Shown in pieces: positions 42,555 through 56,232 of a DNA stretch of 64,000 bases (the first letter of the stretch is position 1; each line of letters opens with the position of its first letter). The translations under genes and the position numbers were made by a program. Source of the DNA: the human T2T-CHM13v2.0 reference genome, Homo sapiens; NCBI RefSeq assembly GCF_009914755.1, contig NC_060936.1; one strand, given 5' to 3'. The notes under the pieces are model-generated. The model did no database searches. It worked only from the letters and a program-made list of their open reading frames with translations, and had not been told where the DNA came from.

Positions 42555-42585
<31 letters not shown>
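42545..42585. repeat. (TG)n microsatellite
   Basis: Direct reading. Confidence 0.9.
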
Positions 42586-43567
42586 CTTTATTTTTTTCTT
42601 TTCTGTAGCTTAGATCTTGGTTACAAAATAACTGTAATATAGCCTATTAACCACACTTTATTGTAGGGTTTTAAGAGCTACAAGGAAGTATTCAATCCTG
42701 CCACATTTCTGCATACTTATAGGGAGAAAGGATGGATACTTTCATTATTGCTGTTATCAGAAGAAAAAGAGTAAGAAATACTTACTTTTGTTCCTCATTC
42801 TTCAACCCATTTAAGATTTTGAATACCCATGCACAGGGAAAAAAACCTATCATGAATTAGTAGATAATAGTGAAGTATATTCCACATACCATATAACCAA
42901 ACATTTGTATCAAATATCCATATGCCTTTGGGAAAGCTGCCTCCTCTTTTTGTACTTAATTTTGTAATTGTGAAACCAGGAGGATGCACTAGGTAATCTC
43001 AAAATTTATTTCTACTTCTAAAATTTCAAGTCCATGCCTCAGACCTTAACACATCTCATGACATTAAGATATTCTAAGTCCTAGCCCAGAGGCACTTCCA
43101 AATGACTTTTGATGTATAATACCAGATAAAGCAACTGGGTGAATTTTAAAATATGACCTTAAGTAAAGCTGCAAAGAAAACCCTAAACAGCTCCATCTCT
43201 GAGGTTCCATCCTCTCTTAGAAGACTGAGATGTCCTCCTATAATCCAGGTGTAAAAATATTCCAGGGGATGCTTTGAGAGACAGGCAAGAGAAGGTAGAG
43301 AGGGAGAGATGAGGACTTGTCAAAGCAGACACAAACGAATGTGCAACCATTGACTGACTGAATGGGTCAGTTGACCGACGAAGTTTTTATCTCTAATCTG
43401 GGAAGCGATTCAATCACCAAAGCGGAGTAAGAAAATCCTTCTCTACTAAGATGGAACAAGTGCTAAAAGTGGTATTCAAAGCACAAGTTTCAAATCCTGC
43501 CACCTCCTGACATATATACACTTGCTATGTAACCTTGGTGGGTTTAAGTAATTTCTTTGACCTTCAG

Positions 43568-43705
43568 ATGATGATGATAATGATGATGATGAATAGAGGT
43601 AGGGTCTTGCTATGTTGTCCAGGCTGGTCTTGAACTTCCAGCCTCAAGCAATCCTCCTGACTCAGCCTCCTGAGTAGCTGGGATTATAGGCCACTGTGTC
43701 CAGTC
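43568..43705 (-). mobile_element. FLAM with (ATG)n tail, inserted in a MIR (~43480-43800)
   Basis: Alu monomer; TSD cttcagat. Confidence 0.8.
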
Positions 43706-43825
43706 TTCAGATTATTAAATTGGTAAGAGTTTTTTGTGAGAATGCAATGAGATCATATATTTAAGAGTTATTGGCTCATAGTGCATGCTCAATGAAAATG
43801 CTGACTCTAATTAGAATAATGATTT

Positions 43826-44185
43826 TGCTATGGTCTGAAAGTTTGCGTCCCCTCCAAATTCATATGTTGAAATCCTAAGCCCCAAGGTAAAAATATTAGG
43901 ACATAGGGCCTTTGGGAAGTTATTAAGTTGGGAGAGGAGAGTACTCATGAATAGGATTAGTGCCTTTATTAAGGAGGCCCAAGGGAGCTCATTTGTCCCT
44001 TCTGCCAAGTGAAAGTATAGCAAAAAGATGGCTGTCTATAAACCAGGAAGTGGCCCTCACCAAACACTGAATCTGGGGGTACCTTGATCTTGGACTTCTG
44101 TTCTCCAGAACTGTGAGAAATAAATTGCTGTTGCTTATAAGCTGTGCAATTTATAGTGGTTTATTATAGCAGCCCGAATGCAGGG
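43826..44185 (+). mobile_element. MLT1A0-like MaLR LTR
   Basis: tgctatggtctgaaagtttgcgtcccc...accttgatcttggacttc...agaactgtgagaaataaa. Confidence 0.9.
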
Positions 44186-44319
44186 AGATTTCTTCACTCA
44201 AACCCCCCGAGAAGCAGTGGAACAACTTGGTAGTAAAAGTAGGTAAGAATGGGAGCAGCCAGTTCATGTTTACTCAAACGCACTGCACCCTCTCTCTCAC
44301 CTCACACCTGTGTTTCATT

Positions 44320-44712
44320 CTTTCAAGTCTTCCCATCTACACTCTGCCTTTCTTGAGATCAGATGCTGTCCCCTGTACTTGAGCACTCTTCCCTCACTTC
44401 TTTTACCTAGTGAGCTCTTATTTTTATTCTCCAGGCCTCAATTTAGATATCTCCAGCTTTCTCTAAGATTCCCTCCCTGCCCTCCCCCACCAAGCCCAGG
44501 TTACCACCCGCAGTGTGGTCTCCTGCACCCTCTATGTGCCCTCCTTAGAACTCTTAACCTGCCATGTTGCTACGGTCTGTCCCACACCTCTCTTTCCCAC
44601 CAGACCTTAAGGAAAAGAAGGACCAAGCCTGGATGTTTCCACTGTTCAATCTCCAGCACTCAGTCCAGTTTTAGAGGAGAACAGACCCTCAACATATACT
44701 TGTTGGTTGAGA
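44320..44712 (+). mobile_element. L2 fragment
   Basis: atctccagcactcagtcc...ctcaacatatacttgttggttga, L2 3'-like. Confidence 0.55.
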
Positions 44713-45899
44713 AAAGAGAGGCCTTCTCAGTACCACAGGAAGAGTCTAGGGAGGTGAGTACAAAATGGCGGCCACAGATTCTTCACAAGGGGGAAGAGAT
44801 TCCTTGGCCTGCTGACCTTTGCCCCCTCTCCAGCCACCCCTGAAGATTCCATTCCAAGTCCTGGCACCATCAGATAGTGAACTTTTTGATGGAGGCTTCC
44901 CACTTGCAGCAGAGAAGGCCCTCCACTCCACCCACAGAAGGCCTGCTTCTCCCAGCTCCCCAGGCCTCACTCCTTGCGTGGTGCCTCCCGTCCATTTTCC
45001 AGTCTGGGGCCGTGTCTGCTCTTGGAGTCAGGAGGGGAATGTCTGCGCCTTCTGCAGAGACACAGCGAGGGAACATGACGTCTCCCTCTGGCCCCAACCC
45101 CGAGCGTCATTGGTGTTGGCCTGAGATCAAAGCCGCTGTTCCATTTTTAACCTCGGTAGGGCCCCACCTCACCCTGAGCATGTGTTCCTGACATTTCATT
45201 GTGAGCCAGGGGAATAAACAAAACCCACCCCCTGAGTCTAGCGAAGGACGCCTTCAGGGGAGCTCTGAACTCGGCGAGGCAGATAAGTGTTTTTCCCACC
45301 GAGGGCCCCCCTTGTGCACTGCGGTTTTTCCTGAGCTTACATGACACCACCGTAAGGGAGATGGATGGCTTTATTTTTGTGCAGAACAAATGTACAGATG
45401 GTGACCCCCGACCAAAAAAAAAAAAGAAAAAAACTTAGTGTGCAGAGGCAGGGAGGAGGAGGCAGGGAGGAGGAGGCAGGGGGAGTCCATGTTGGCCTCT
45501 CCTCTCCCTATCTTTTCACTTCTCCTGGGTCTCCCGAAAATGTCACCAAAGTCTCCATCTGTGGTTATTGGGGATATTGACAGGAGCCCATTTTATTTTC
45601 AAATTATCTGTTCTTTGAGGTAAAAATAAAGACATGCTTTTAGAATTTTCAAGCAATTAAAAAAAGATATAAGGAAGAAAGATATGTCTGGTACAAATTA
45701 GAACTCAATAAATACTTGTGGAAGGAAGGAAAGAAAAAAATCCCTCCAAACTCCACCACTATCAATATTTTGCTGAGCATCCTTCTATATATTTATGTGT
45801 ATTCCAACTATGTAACAAACAGGATCATACTATATTCATGTATAATATATTCGTATTTTCTATATATGCGTAATAAATGCAGTACAATTGCTACTATAG

Positions 45900-46329
<430 letters not shown>

Positions 46330-47140
46330 AGTATATGCTACTATGCTCTAAAAAGTGCAGTAGTATGTTCCTATTGTACTTACTTACAGGATCATACTGT
46401 TTGAGGTGTTTCACTGTTGGCTTGTTTACCATGTCCTGGACATCTTTCCATGTCTATGAATTTTAAAACAAATTCATCCCATTTCAAGGCTGCCAAGTAG
46501 CTATTTGTGTGGCTGTGCTATCACTTAACCACTCCAAGAGAGCCACTTATGAAACCCCCACCTTAAAGTAAGCTCATACTTTTAATTTTTTTTTTCTCTT
46601 ATGACTCTACCTTTCTGCTGTCTTGTAAGCCATACCCATTCGAGGTTAGAGTTTTCTACTTCCTCAACTGCAAAGTTGTCAGTATCAGGACAAGCGGTGC
46701 ACATTTGCAGAAACCCTTTTGGATTTCTCTGTGGTGCTTTGGCTTGAAGAAAACAGTCCTCTCCTTTCTGCCTTCACCCACCTAATTTGTTTCCACATTT
46801 GTTTTTTTTTGTGGTGGCAATGACTGTATCAGGCTTTAAAAGGATGGTGTCTGGAGATTCATAGCTTTTCAAAAGCTCTTTGTTTTTTTCTGATGAACAG
46901 CCAGAACTAAGACACAGGAAGGCATAGAAAGAACATGGCCTCTCATGTTCAAAGGAGCCAAATTCTTGTTCGACCTTTGACCTCCCATGAAACAGTTTCC
47001 TCATCTGCAAAACTGCGGAGATTATAACTGAAGCCGCCTTGCAGTGTTATTATGAGGATTACAGTAAGCAAGTGCCTGACACACAGAACTCCTTAGCAAT
47101 GTCAGCTTCTCTTTCTGAGAGCGTGTGAGGCAGGAGATGA

Positions 47141-47690
<550 letters not shown>

Positions 47691-48428
47691 TTCAACTTCT
47701 CTCCAGATAAGTGACTTAACCCCTTTAAGTTTCTGTTTTCTTTCTGTCAATTGGAGTTAAAATACTCATGAGACAGCAGTCATAAGGCTTACAGATACTG
47801 TCTGCAAAGGGCCTGGATCAGGGCTCTTAAGTGGGAGCTGCTCTTATGATTCATTAGATTCTGACTCTTATCTCCAAACTTCAGGAAAAGCTTGAACTAT
47901 CTTTTATTTACACATCAGTGGTCATGTTTTAGATGCCTATTTACATGTAGAAAATGTTGGGACAAAATTCAGAAACTTCATTATAATCCTGCCTTTCTTA
48001 TTTACTTCCTGAAAGACCTTCAACAAGGCACCCTGGTTCCTACTTTTCTCGTTTCCCTAAACTGTTGATGCTGTTTGTAATAAAAACACCACTGAATATA
48101 TCCTTGGTACTTAACAGTTTACAAAACATCTTTCATTATCCTTATACTATATTAACTTCCTAGCTACTGGGCCAAAGTTTACCAGTACACATTTAATACA
48201 TCAATATTCTATCAACTTCAGAGCCCCTTTAAAATATGTTTTTTTTTTCTTTCTTAGAAAGCGAGTTATGGGCAAAGGGGTGAGAGTGGGTGTTAATATT
48301 TCCTGGGTTCTTCAGAGTACTTCCTTATTCATCCAACTAGCATTGTGTAATTGCTAGTAACATACTAGTTACTGTCCTACAATCTGAGGATGGAATAAGG
48401 TATTGTCATGACTTTCAAAAGTCTCCTT

Positions 48429-48710
48429 GGCTGGGCATAGTGGCTCACACCTGTAATCCTAGCACTTTGGGAGGCTGAGGCAGGAGGATCGCCTGAGCCC
48501 AAGAGTTTGAGACCAGCCTGGGCAACACAGCAAGGCCCCACCTCTGCAAAGAAAGTGGCACCCACCTGTGGTCCCATCTACTTGGGAGGCTGAGGTAGGA
48601 GGTTTGCTTGGGGCCAGGAGGTTAAGGCTACAGTGAGCCATGATCGTGCCACCACACTTCAGCCTGGGCAACCAAGCAAGACCCTGTCTAAAAAAAAAAA
48701 AAAAAAAAAA
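48429..48710 (+). mobile_element. AluJ with shortened linker
   Basis: ggatcgcctgagcccaagag, gaggttaaggctacagtgagccatgatc; A tail. Confidence 0.9.
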
Positions 48711-48729
48711 ACTCCTTTTTAAATGGGAA

Positions 48730-49200
48730 AGATATACATGTACACTGGAGCATGGAAAATATTCTAATCAAGATGTGCAGGGTAAAGTTGAAATACTAAT
48801 GAGCAGATCTCTGACCCTCGGGGTGGAGGCCAGTGTTAGAAAAGATTTTAGGACAAGAAAATTCTTGAGTTCATCTTCAATGAAAAGAGTTCATTTCATC
48901 CAAATGGGGCTGACGGGGGCAGAGGAAATGGGGGTCAGGAAGGGAGTTTTTGGAAGACAGTGCAGTGTGTTTAAAGGCTTGGAGGCAGGCTCCACTCTGG
49001 TGTTTTTCAGGGGACTCCAAGAAGTCTATAGAGCGGTTGTGGGGGTGAGCAGGAGATGAAGCCAAAACTGTTAGCAGTGGCCAGAACCTGGAGAACCTTG
49101 TATTCCCTGTTGAAGAATCTGGGCTCTTCTGAGAGCAATGGTGGGTTTTACACGGGGGAATAGGATGACCCAAATTGTGTTTCTGGATGGCTGGATTTAA
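48730..49200 (-). mobile_element. L2 fragment
   Basis: gtgtttaaaggcttggaggcagg...ctgagagcaatggtgggttttacacggggg. Confidence 0.55.
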
Positions 49201-49374
49201 GGTGGTGACACAGAGGCAGGATTTGGGTTGAAGTGGTTTATTTGGGATGTGATCCCGGGAAGCAACGGCAGGGATGGGGAAGTGAGATACGGAAGGAGAG
49301 AAAACCAATGAAGGCTGCACTGTAGTGAAGGCTGCACCACCAGGGCAAGGGAAGCCCTATTCCTCCCTGTTCAC

Positions 49375-49445
49375 ACGCACAGGCACACATACACATACAC
49401 ACGCCCTATTGGGTCTGTTTCTCTGGAGAACTCTGAAAAATACAA
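49375..49445 (+). mobile_element. MLT2 LTR 3' end
   Basis: (CA)-rich run then cctattgggtctgtttctctggagaactctga. Confidence 0.7.
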
Positions 49446-49831
49446 AAAGTAAATATTCTTTGTATGTAAGTCCTCTGAATACAGAAATGGTCACATGACA
49501 CAAGCCTAGACAATCAGAGTCCTGCACTGGCTCCTCTGCCCTTTGCATCCTTTAATCTCTCCCACTGGTGCCATCAGAGCCCGCGCTGAGTCTGGCTTTG
49601 AAGAGGATTGAAGAATTGGGTTAGAACTCCATCTGATGCTGACCTGGCCTGACCTCCAAACACTGCTTCTCCCACTGCGCCTAAGATTAAGGAACTACCT
49701 CCGTGTGTGGGGGAGAGCTGTCCCACCTACCTGAATGCTCACTGTAGAGGGTTTAACTCTTGTTTTTGTTTCTTCATAATTCATTCTCTCATTCTTTGTC
49801 TTGATTCTCCTTCCACGATGCTCCCTATGCC

Positions 49832-50784
49832 GTTTTTTTTTCTGAATATATAAGTAATATATTTTCTTTGTTGAAAATTCAGAAAATACGAAAAAGACTT
49901 TAGAAGAAAGTAAGTATCACCCATAACCCAACACTGAGCAGTAATAACCACTCTAACATTTAGGTATATTTTCTTCTTTTTTCTATGCATTTATGTTTTT
50001 TTTTAAATTAAGATTGTACTATATATATATAACTTGTTTTTAAAATATTTAATTTTTGAACAGACAATATATTTTACATGGCTAAATAATCAAAAAGTGT
50101 AAAATTGTATACAGTGAAAAGTCTTGCTCCCTTCTGATCACATAAGTAATTACCATTTATCAGTTTCCTTACAGAGATTTTGTTTTAAATGTTTTTAGAG
50201 ACAGGGTCTCACGTTGTTGCCCAGGCTGGTCTCAAGCTCCTGGCCTCAAGCAGCCTCCTACCTTGGCTCCCAAGGTGCTGAGATTACAGGCATAAGCCAC
50301 TATACCCAGCCCTTCCAGAGAATTTTTATGCTTATTAAAAGCAATTATGAATAATTTTCTTTGCTATACCTGCAAGTTTTTAATATAAATAGCACACCGT
50401 AGTAACTATTCTGCATCTTGCCTTTTTCACTTAATATATGCTATAATTCATCCCAAATCATTACATAAAGAGCTGCTTCATTCTTTTTTACAGCTGTCAT
50501 TTTATAATATTCCATTGTATGTATGTACCATCATTTATTTAGCCAGTCCCCTGGTGAATGGATATTTAGATTGTTTCCAATCATTTGCTATTAGTAACAG
50601 TGTTTGTATATAGATTATTTTGCCCTTTACTGTAAGATAAATTCCTAGAATTCTTAAAGGGTATGTGCATTTGAATTTTGATAGCTGTTGCTAAATTGTC
50701 CTCCAGGAAGTTATATATATATAAATGCCCTCACCAGAGGCCAGGTGCAGTGGCTCACACCTGTAATCCCAGCACTTTGCAGGG
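49832..50784 (-). mobile_element. Direct-repeat-bounded composite insertion (old L1ME + FLAM 50183-50311 + Alu 5' stub 50739-50779); candidate orphan transduction or retroposed RNA
   Basis: gatgctccctatgcc at 49817-49831 and 50785-50799; T-tract follows the left copy. Confidence 0.7.
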
Positions 50785-51275
50785 GATGCTCCCTATGCCA
50801 TTCTTCGCCCATTTGACTTTAGGTACAGTCTCAGTAATCGGGCAGAATCATGTGACTCAGCCTAACCAATAAGAGTTCCACTTCCCTATGGCCATGGTGA
50901 TCGGTGCAAAGCTGAGCACATAATCTAAGTTGCCACAGTCAGAGCCAATGAGGGGAGGCCCCTGGGTTTTCACTGAAACTATTGGACAACTGGAGTTCTC
51001 TTTCTGCTGGGTTTGCCAGGCTAGTGGGCTATAAGGATGAAGCTGCCATCTTGAGAATAAATTCAATCCAGTAGAAAATAAAACTAAAAGATGGGGAGAG
51101 AAACTAAAGCTTGATGATATCATTTGAGTACCTGAATTCAATCATACCTGAAAGCAGACAACTCCACCCCTAGACTTTTAAATTATGTGAATCAATAAAT
51201 TATTTTTATTTCCTTAAACCCATTGAGTTGGGTTTCTGTCTCTTGCAAACATAGAGGTCCTAGCTAAAGAACTAA
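50785..51275 (+). mobile_element. MLT1J/K/L-like MaLR LTR
   Basis: catgtgactcagcctaaccaat...gatatcatttgagtacctgaattcaatcatacctgaa...aataaatt...gggtttctgtctcttgcaaac. Confidence 0.75.
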
Positions 51276-51394
51276 TCAAACCTTTGGGGAATAGCCCTGG
51301 CTTTCAGCAGCCTCAGGTTCCCTTTTTCTAGGGGATGAGAATCTGATACGTTGGAATCTTGAACCATCCAAATAATAACTGCTACAGCCTCAGC

Positions 51395-51675
51395 AACAAC
51401 TACCATTTATTGAGTGCTTCCATATATTACATCACTAATTACACTCCTAGGCACTATTATTATTAATTATTACTATTATTATTTTGAAATAGGGTCTGGG
51501 TCTGTTGCCCAGGCTGGAGTACAGCGGCATGATCTCGTCTCACTGCAACCTCCGCCTCCCCCATTTTATAAATGAAGAAATTGAGGCTCAGAGAAGTTTA
51601 GCAACTTGGCCAAGGCCACACAGCTGGTAAATGACTTCACAACCAAATTCAGGCCTGTCTGTCTCCTGACTGCAA
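51395..51675 (-). mobile_element. MIR containing a 5'-truncated Alu (~51455-51559)
   Basis: cccattttataaatgaagaaattgaggctcagagaag resumes directly after ctgcaacctccgcctcc. Confidence 0.8.
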
Positions 51676-52816
51676 GGTTGATCTCACTTTTCCTTGCTTT
51701 CTTCCTTAGGAATTGAAAGCTCCCTGATGAATGGACAGAGATGTGAGTTGAACTTTGCTAAATACCCATTAAGCATTAAGTAATAGTGTCCCTTCATTAC
51801 CAAGGTGTTAGGTTAGGTCAACAAACAGACAAGAGAAAGGTCATGCTCTCACTCTGTGCTTTTCTCCCAGCCTATCTACTGGAATACCAGCCTTGCTTGG
51901 AGAATGGCCTGTTACCAGATACTCTCCTCATCTTGGGGTTTCTGTATACAATCTTATTTCCTGCCATAAGTGGAACCTCCATTATCAGGGCCGTAGCAAA
52001 GTCTGCCCCATAAAGCATGTGCGCATAAACTCTGTCTCCTGAGCCCCCAGAATCTAGACTATCAGGTGTATGTATCCAAATATCTCAGAAGGCTTTGAAA
52101 CATTAATCCATTTGCTCCTAAGTCCTGGGTAACCACATGCAACAAAAATGGGGAAAGGGTCCTATCTTGTGGCTTTTCAAGATTAAAGATCTTGATAGCA
52201 TTGAGTGGTGCCCAGCCATTGAGGGGCCATTTGACAGAGCTGCTGCACCAGCAGATGCAGAGTTAAATACCAGGCTTGTGTCCCCAGATCAGTTGTTGCA
52301 ATCAGAGATGTTAAAACCATTCCAGTCTTCCAAAAAAAAAAAAAAAAAAAAAAAAAAGAATAATTCCCAGTCAGGCTGGTGTCAATGTTTTGCTAATGGT
52401 TTTAATGGCTGTTTCTACAAACTTGCAGAATGCTTCTATTCCTCAGTTTGGTTTTAGCTACCTATTTTGTGAACTCTGCTTGGGCAAGGGGGAAGATAAG
52501 GGTGTGGGAGAAGGTACCCCTGGGAACAATGGGGAAATATTAAACGACTGATTCCCAACTGGTCTCCCAGAGGATGCCTCATGGTTCTCTGAGACCTAGA
52601 GATTGAAGAGAAGGGGCTGAGATTCTCCATGTGTGGTCTAATGACAACACCAACCTGAGAAAATACACTAGATTCCCCTAGAAATATTTCCAAGGGGTGT
52701 AGTGTAGCTGAATCAGAAGCCTGGATTAGAGACCCATCTCTGACACTGGCTGGCCTTAGAGACATCATTTACTTCCCTGAGCCTCGGTTTCTCCATCTGT
52801 TACAATTAAGCTGGAT

Positions 52817-53003
52817 CAGTGGTTCCCAAATTCCATCTTTAGCATTTCTACGTGAGAATCACCTGGGGAAAAGGGTGTTATAATACGGATTCCTAGACCC
52901 TAGCCTTATTCAGTCAGAATCTACAAGCCAAGGCCTATGAATCTGTATTTTTTGCAGGCTTCCCCAGGAGATTCTTAAGCAAGGCCAGGTTTGGAGATTA
53001 CCA
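52817..53003. mobile_element. MER5A-like DNA transposon after a MIR (~52700-52815)
   Basis: cagtggttcccaaa...gaatcacctgggga...tcagaatct...ccaggtttggagattac. Confidence 0.75.
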
Positions 53004-53444
53004 AACTGGATCAACCCACAGTCCCCTCCCACCTTAGCATTCTGAGAGAACAATTTGGGGACACGTGTTGGGGTTTTCTGTTCTCTGTTGGAAGAGAGTT
53101 GCCTTGTTGGCTTCTTGGCTTTCCTGATAACTTCTCCCAGTTTCACCCACCTTTAAACAGAAAACGTTATGGGTGCCCTGAAGGGAAATAAAAGCAAAGA
53201 AGTCTCACGTTTTTGGTTTCAAGAGAGAACTTTACCTTCCATTCTCACGCTGTGATTGTTTTATGGGCCCTTAGTAAGACATAACCCAAATCAACTTTCT
53301 TAAACCCAGCTACATGGAAACTATGCTGGAGAGTGTATAGGCTCAAAGAAGAACTAAATGAAGAGTCTTCGGGTTGTAGAAGAGTCTACAACACAAAGAA
53401 CTAAATGAAAACTCCATTGTCAGGCTGTTAACTGCAAATGGCAC

Positions 53445-53655
53445 CACACGTAAACATTTACTGAGCACTTCCTCTGGGCCAAGAACTTCACGTAAATTAT
53501 TCCTTTCCATCTTCCTATCCCAAGAAGTAGATGCTATTATTTCACCCCCATTTTACATTTGAGGAAGTTGAGGTACACACAGGCTAAGTTATTTGCTCAA
53601 GTTTCCCTTGCTCGTGAAGTGCGAGAGCTGTAATTACGAGCCCAAACAGATGACA
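53445..53655 (-). mobile_element. MIR
   Basis: aacatttactgagcacttcctctgggcca...cccattttacatttgaggaagttgagg. Confidence 0.75.
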
Positions 53656-55497
53656 AAACAACCCTTTGTGTAAAAAGAGATAGTTCATGCATTGTCCAGA
53701 AAAGTTTAGAGGGTGTAGACTCCAGCCTTTAATTCCCTTTTTCTAAGAATTGTTGTCCAAGCAAAATAAACGGAACTCGTAATAGCTCATTGTGCTGTTG
53801 GCCCTGCTATCTCACATGTCCGGCATTCCATTATCCCACCTGGCAGCTGCTCCCTTCACTAAAGGGAGCTGGGGACATTAGCAACGGAATATTTTTTTTA
53901 ATTATAGAAGGGGGATTGTTTAGACTGATCCAAGGGCCATAACATGGAATAATAGAGTGACAGGTTGAGAGCAATTTTGCCAGACCAAGAAAGGACTGAT
54001 TTCACGATTATTTTGGTAATTCTGCTACCCACCACGTTTAACATAATGCTGAGATTTATAGTGTCATGGGATCTAGGTGGGATTTGATCACTCTTGGCTT
54101 CAGTTTACCACTGACCAGAATGCATGCCACATTTATTTAGCATGTCATTTTTGTGCAAAGTCCCAAATGGAGGAGAGCAAAGCATGCTAAGCTAAGAATC
54201 CAGGCCTTTGTTCTCTGTGTGGATGAGGACTACCACCTTCTACGATCTTAATCTCAGTTTTTCCATCTGTACAATGGGATGATTGGATTGGAAGATTCCC
54301 AAACTCTTTTCAACTCTGACATTTGATTTACTTTGATTCAGTTCTATTCAGCCAATATTCACAGAGCAGCTGCTCAATGCCAGGCCTTTAAGTGGGAACC
54401 TGGGGACACAGTAAAAATAGCAATGGCCATCATACCTGGTTTGTAGGTAGGTGTTTGATAGGGCCAAGAGGATGGAACAGGGAGCAAGACACCCACCTCT
54501 GCATTGTGCAACTGGGTGACTTTGGGTGAGCCACCTGACGTCTTTGAGCTTGTTCTTCATGTTGTGAGGCTTACAGAAAGAAGTTTCTCAAAGTGTGGTC
54601 AGATGACTCTCTGGATTGGCAAAACCTTTGGTACTTGTCGACAACTCAAATCCCTGGATCCAAGTTCAGGCCTGCTGAATCAGAATCTCTTGGGGGAGGA
54701 GGCAGGTATCCATTTCAACAAAGACCCCAAAGTGATTCTTAAATACATTGACATGTATTTAAGATAATATGTTAAAGTTTCTCACAATTTTTGAGCAAGG
54801 GCTCCATGCACATTTGATGACTTTTACCAACAAATGCATTGGAAAACCTTTGCTTTCAATCACACTCTACTCCACTGCCCCTGTAGGTTTTCTGTTTGTT
54901 TATAAATATGTTTGTGTACATAAACACACACACACATCTATATATTTACATATATATATTAAAGCTATATTATTGAAGACTTATTATATACCAGAAATTT
55001 TACTTACATAGAAGTGTATTATTGAAATGTGGAATGTGAGCTTCAGAGAGGTTAAATAGCTTGCTTATGATCATGCATTTAGTAAGAGATAGAGCCAGGT
55101 TGTGAACCCAGGTCCATCTGACTCCAAAGCTTGTTTAGACTGCCTCTTGATCTGTCTTAACCAAGGCTACCATGATGACCATCTCCAGGTGGCTCTATTC
55201 ACATGAACTACAACAGGAACAGTGTCCCTGGAGTGGTACAACAAGGGTGTCCTGCCAACACTGCCAGTGCTTTACCCCTCTTCTTATTGTCCTTCCCCCA
55301 TCTGCAACATCCTCTTTAACTCTTAGCTCAAATCTCTTTACTTCTGGATAGTCTCACCTTATAATCCAGTCCCGGGTGATTATGCCTGTATTTTCTTCTC
55401 AGTGCTCATGTGTAGCAACTGTAGTGCTTATGGGGAATGGAGTGAGAGTTATCCCTACCTTCCTTACCCCAAACTTTTTTTGGTTCCAGCTCTTTTG

Positions 55498-56232
55498 TTC
55501 TCGTTATTTGTTGCTGTATAGCAAACTGCCCCAAACTTAGTGGCTTAAAACAACAACTGTTTCATTGTAACTTATAATTTTGCAGGTTAGGAATTTGGGC
55601 AGGGTTCAGCTAGATGATTCTTCTGTTCCATGCAATATTAGCAGAGGGCACTTGGGCTGGTCTAGAGCAGAGGTCAGCAAACTATGGTCTTCAGGCAAAA
55701 TCCAATCTGGCATCTGTTTTTGTAAATGAAATTTTATTGAAACACAGCCACACTCATTTATTCATGCATTGTGGCTACTTTCATGTTAGAACAGCAGAGT
55801 TGATTGGTCATGACAGAGACTATATGGCCTTCCAAGCTTCAAATATTTACTATCTGGCCTTTTACAGAAATAATTTTCTGAACTCTGGTGCCTTGTAGGG
55901 ACTTGGAGGACCTGGCTAAAACCCAGTTCAGTGAAGACTTAACTGGGCTGCCTACAGATGGCCTCTCCCAAGCACAGAGACCCCAGTGTACTTGAGCTTC
56001 TTCCATGGCAGCCGAAGCCTCACGGAAAAAGGAACATTTTCTCTAGAGGCCCACGTGGAACTCAAAAGTCCTTTTATGACTTAGTCTCAGAAGTTTGAGA
56101 ACGTCCCTTCTGCCACATTCCATTGGTCAACCAAGTCACTAAAGTCAGTTAAGATTCTAAGGGAAGGAATTAGGTTGCATTTCTCAATGAGAGGATTAGC
56201 AAAGAATTTGTGGTCAGCTTTAATCTACCACA
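55498..56232 (-). mobile_element. MLT1G/H-like LTR interrupted by MER58A
   Basis: ccccaaacttagtggcttaaaacaac...ttctgccacattccattggtcaa...tttaatctaccaca. Confidence 0.8.
55667..55888 (+). mobile_element. MER58A
   Basis: cagaggtcagcaaactatgg...gtttttgtaaatgaaattttattgaaacacagccac...tactatctggccttttacagaaa. Confidence 0.85.

Noticed and set aside
44310-45191. Cluster of 100-177 aa ORFs
   Set aside because: No recognisable domain; partly L2-derived, and GC-rich sequence has few stop codons.
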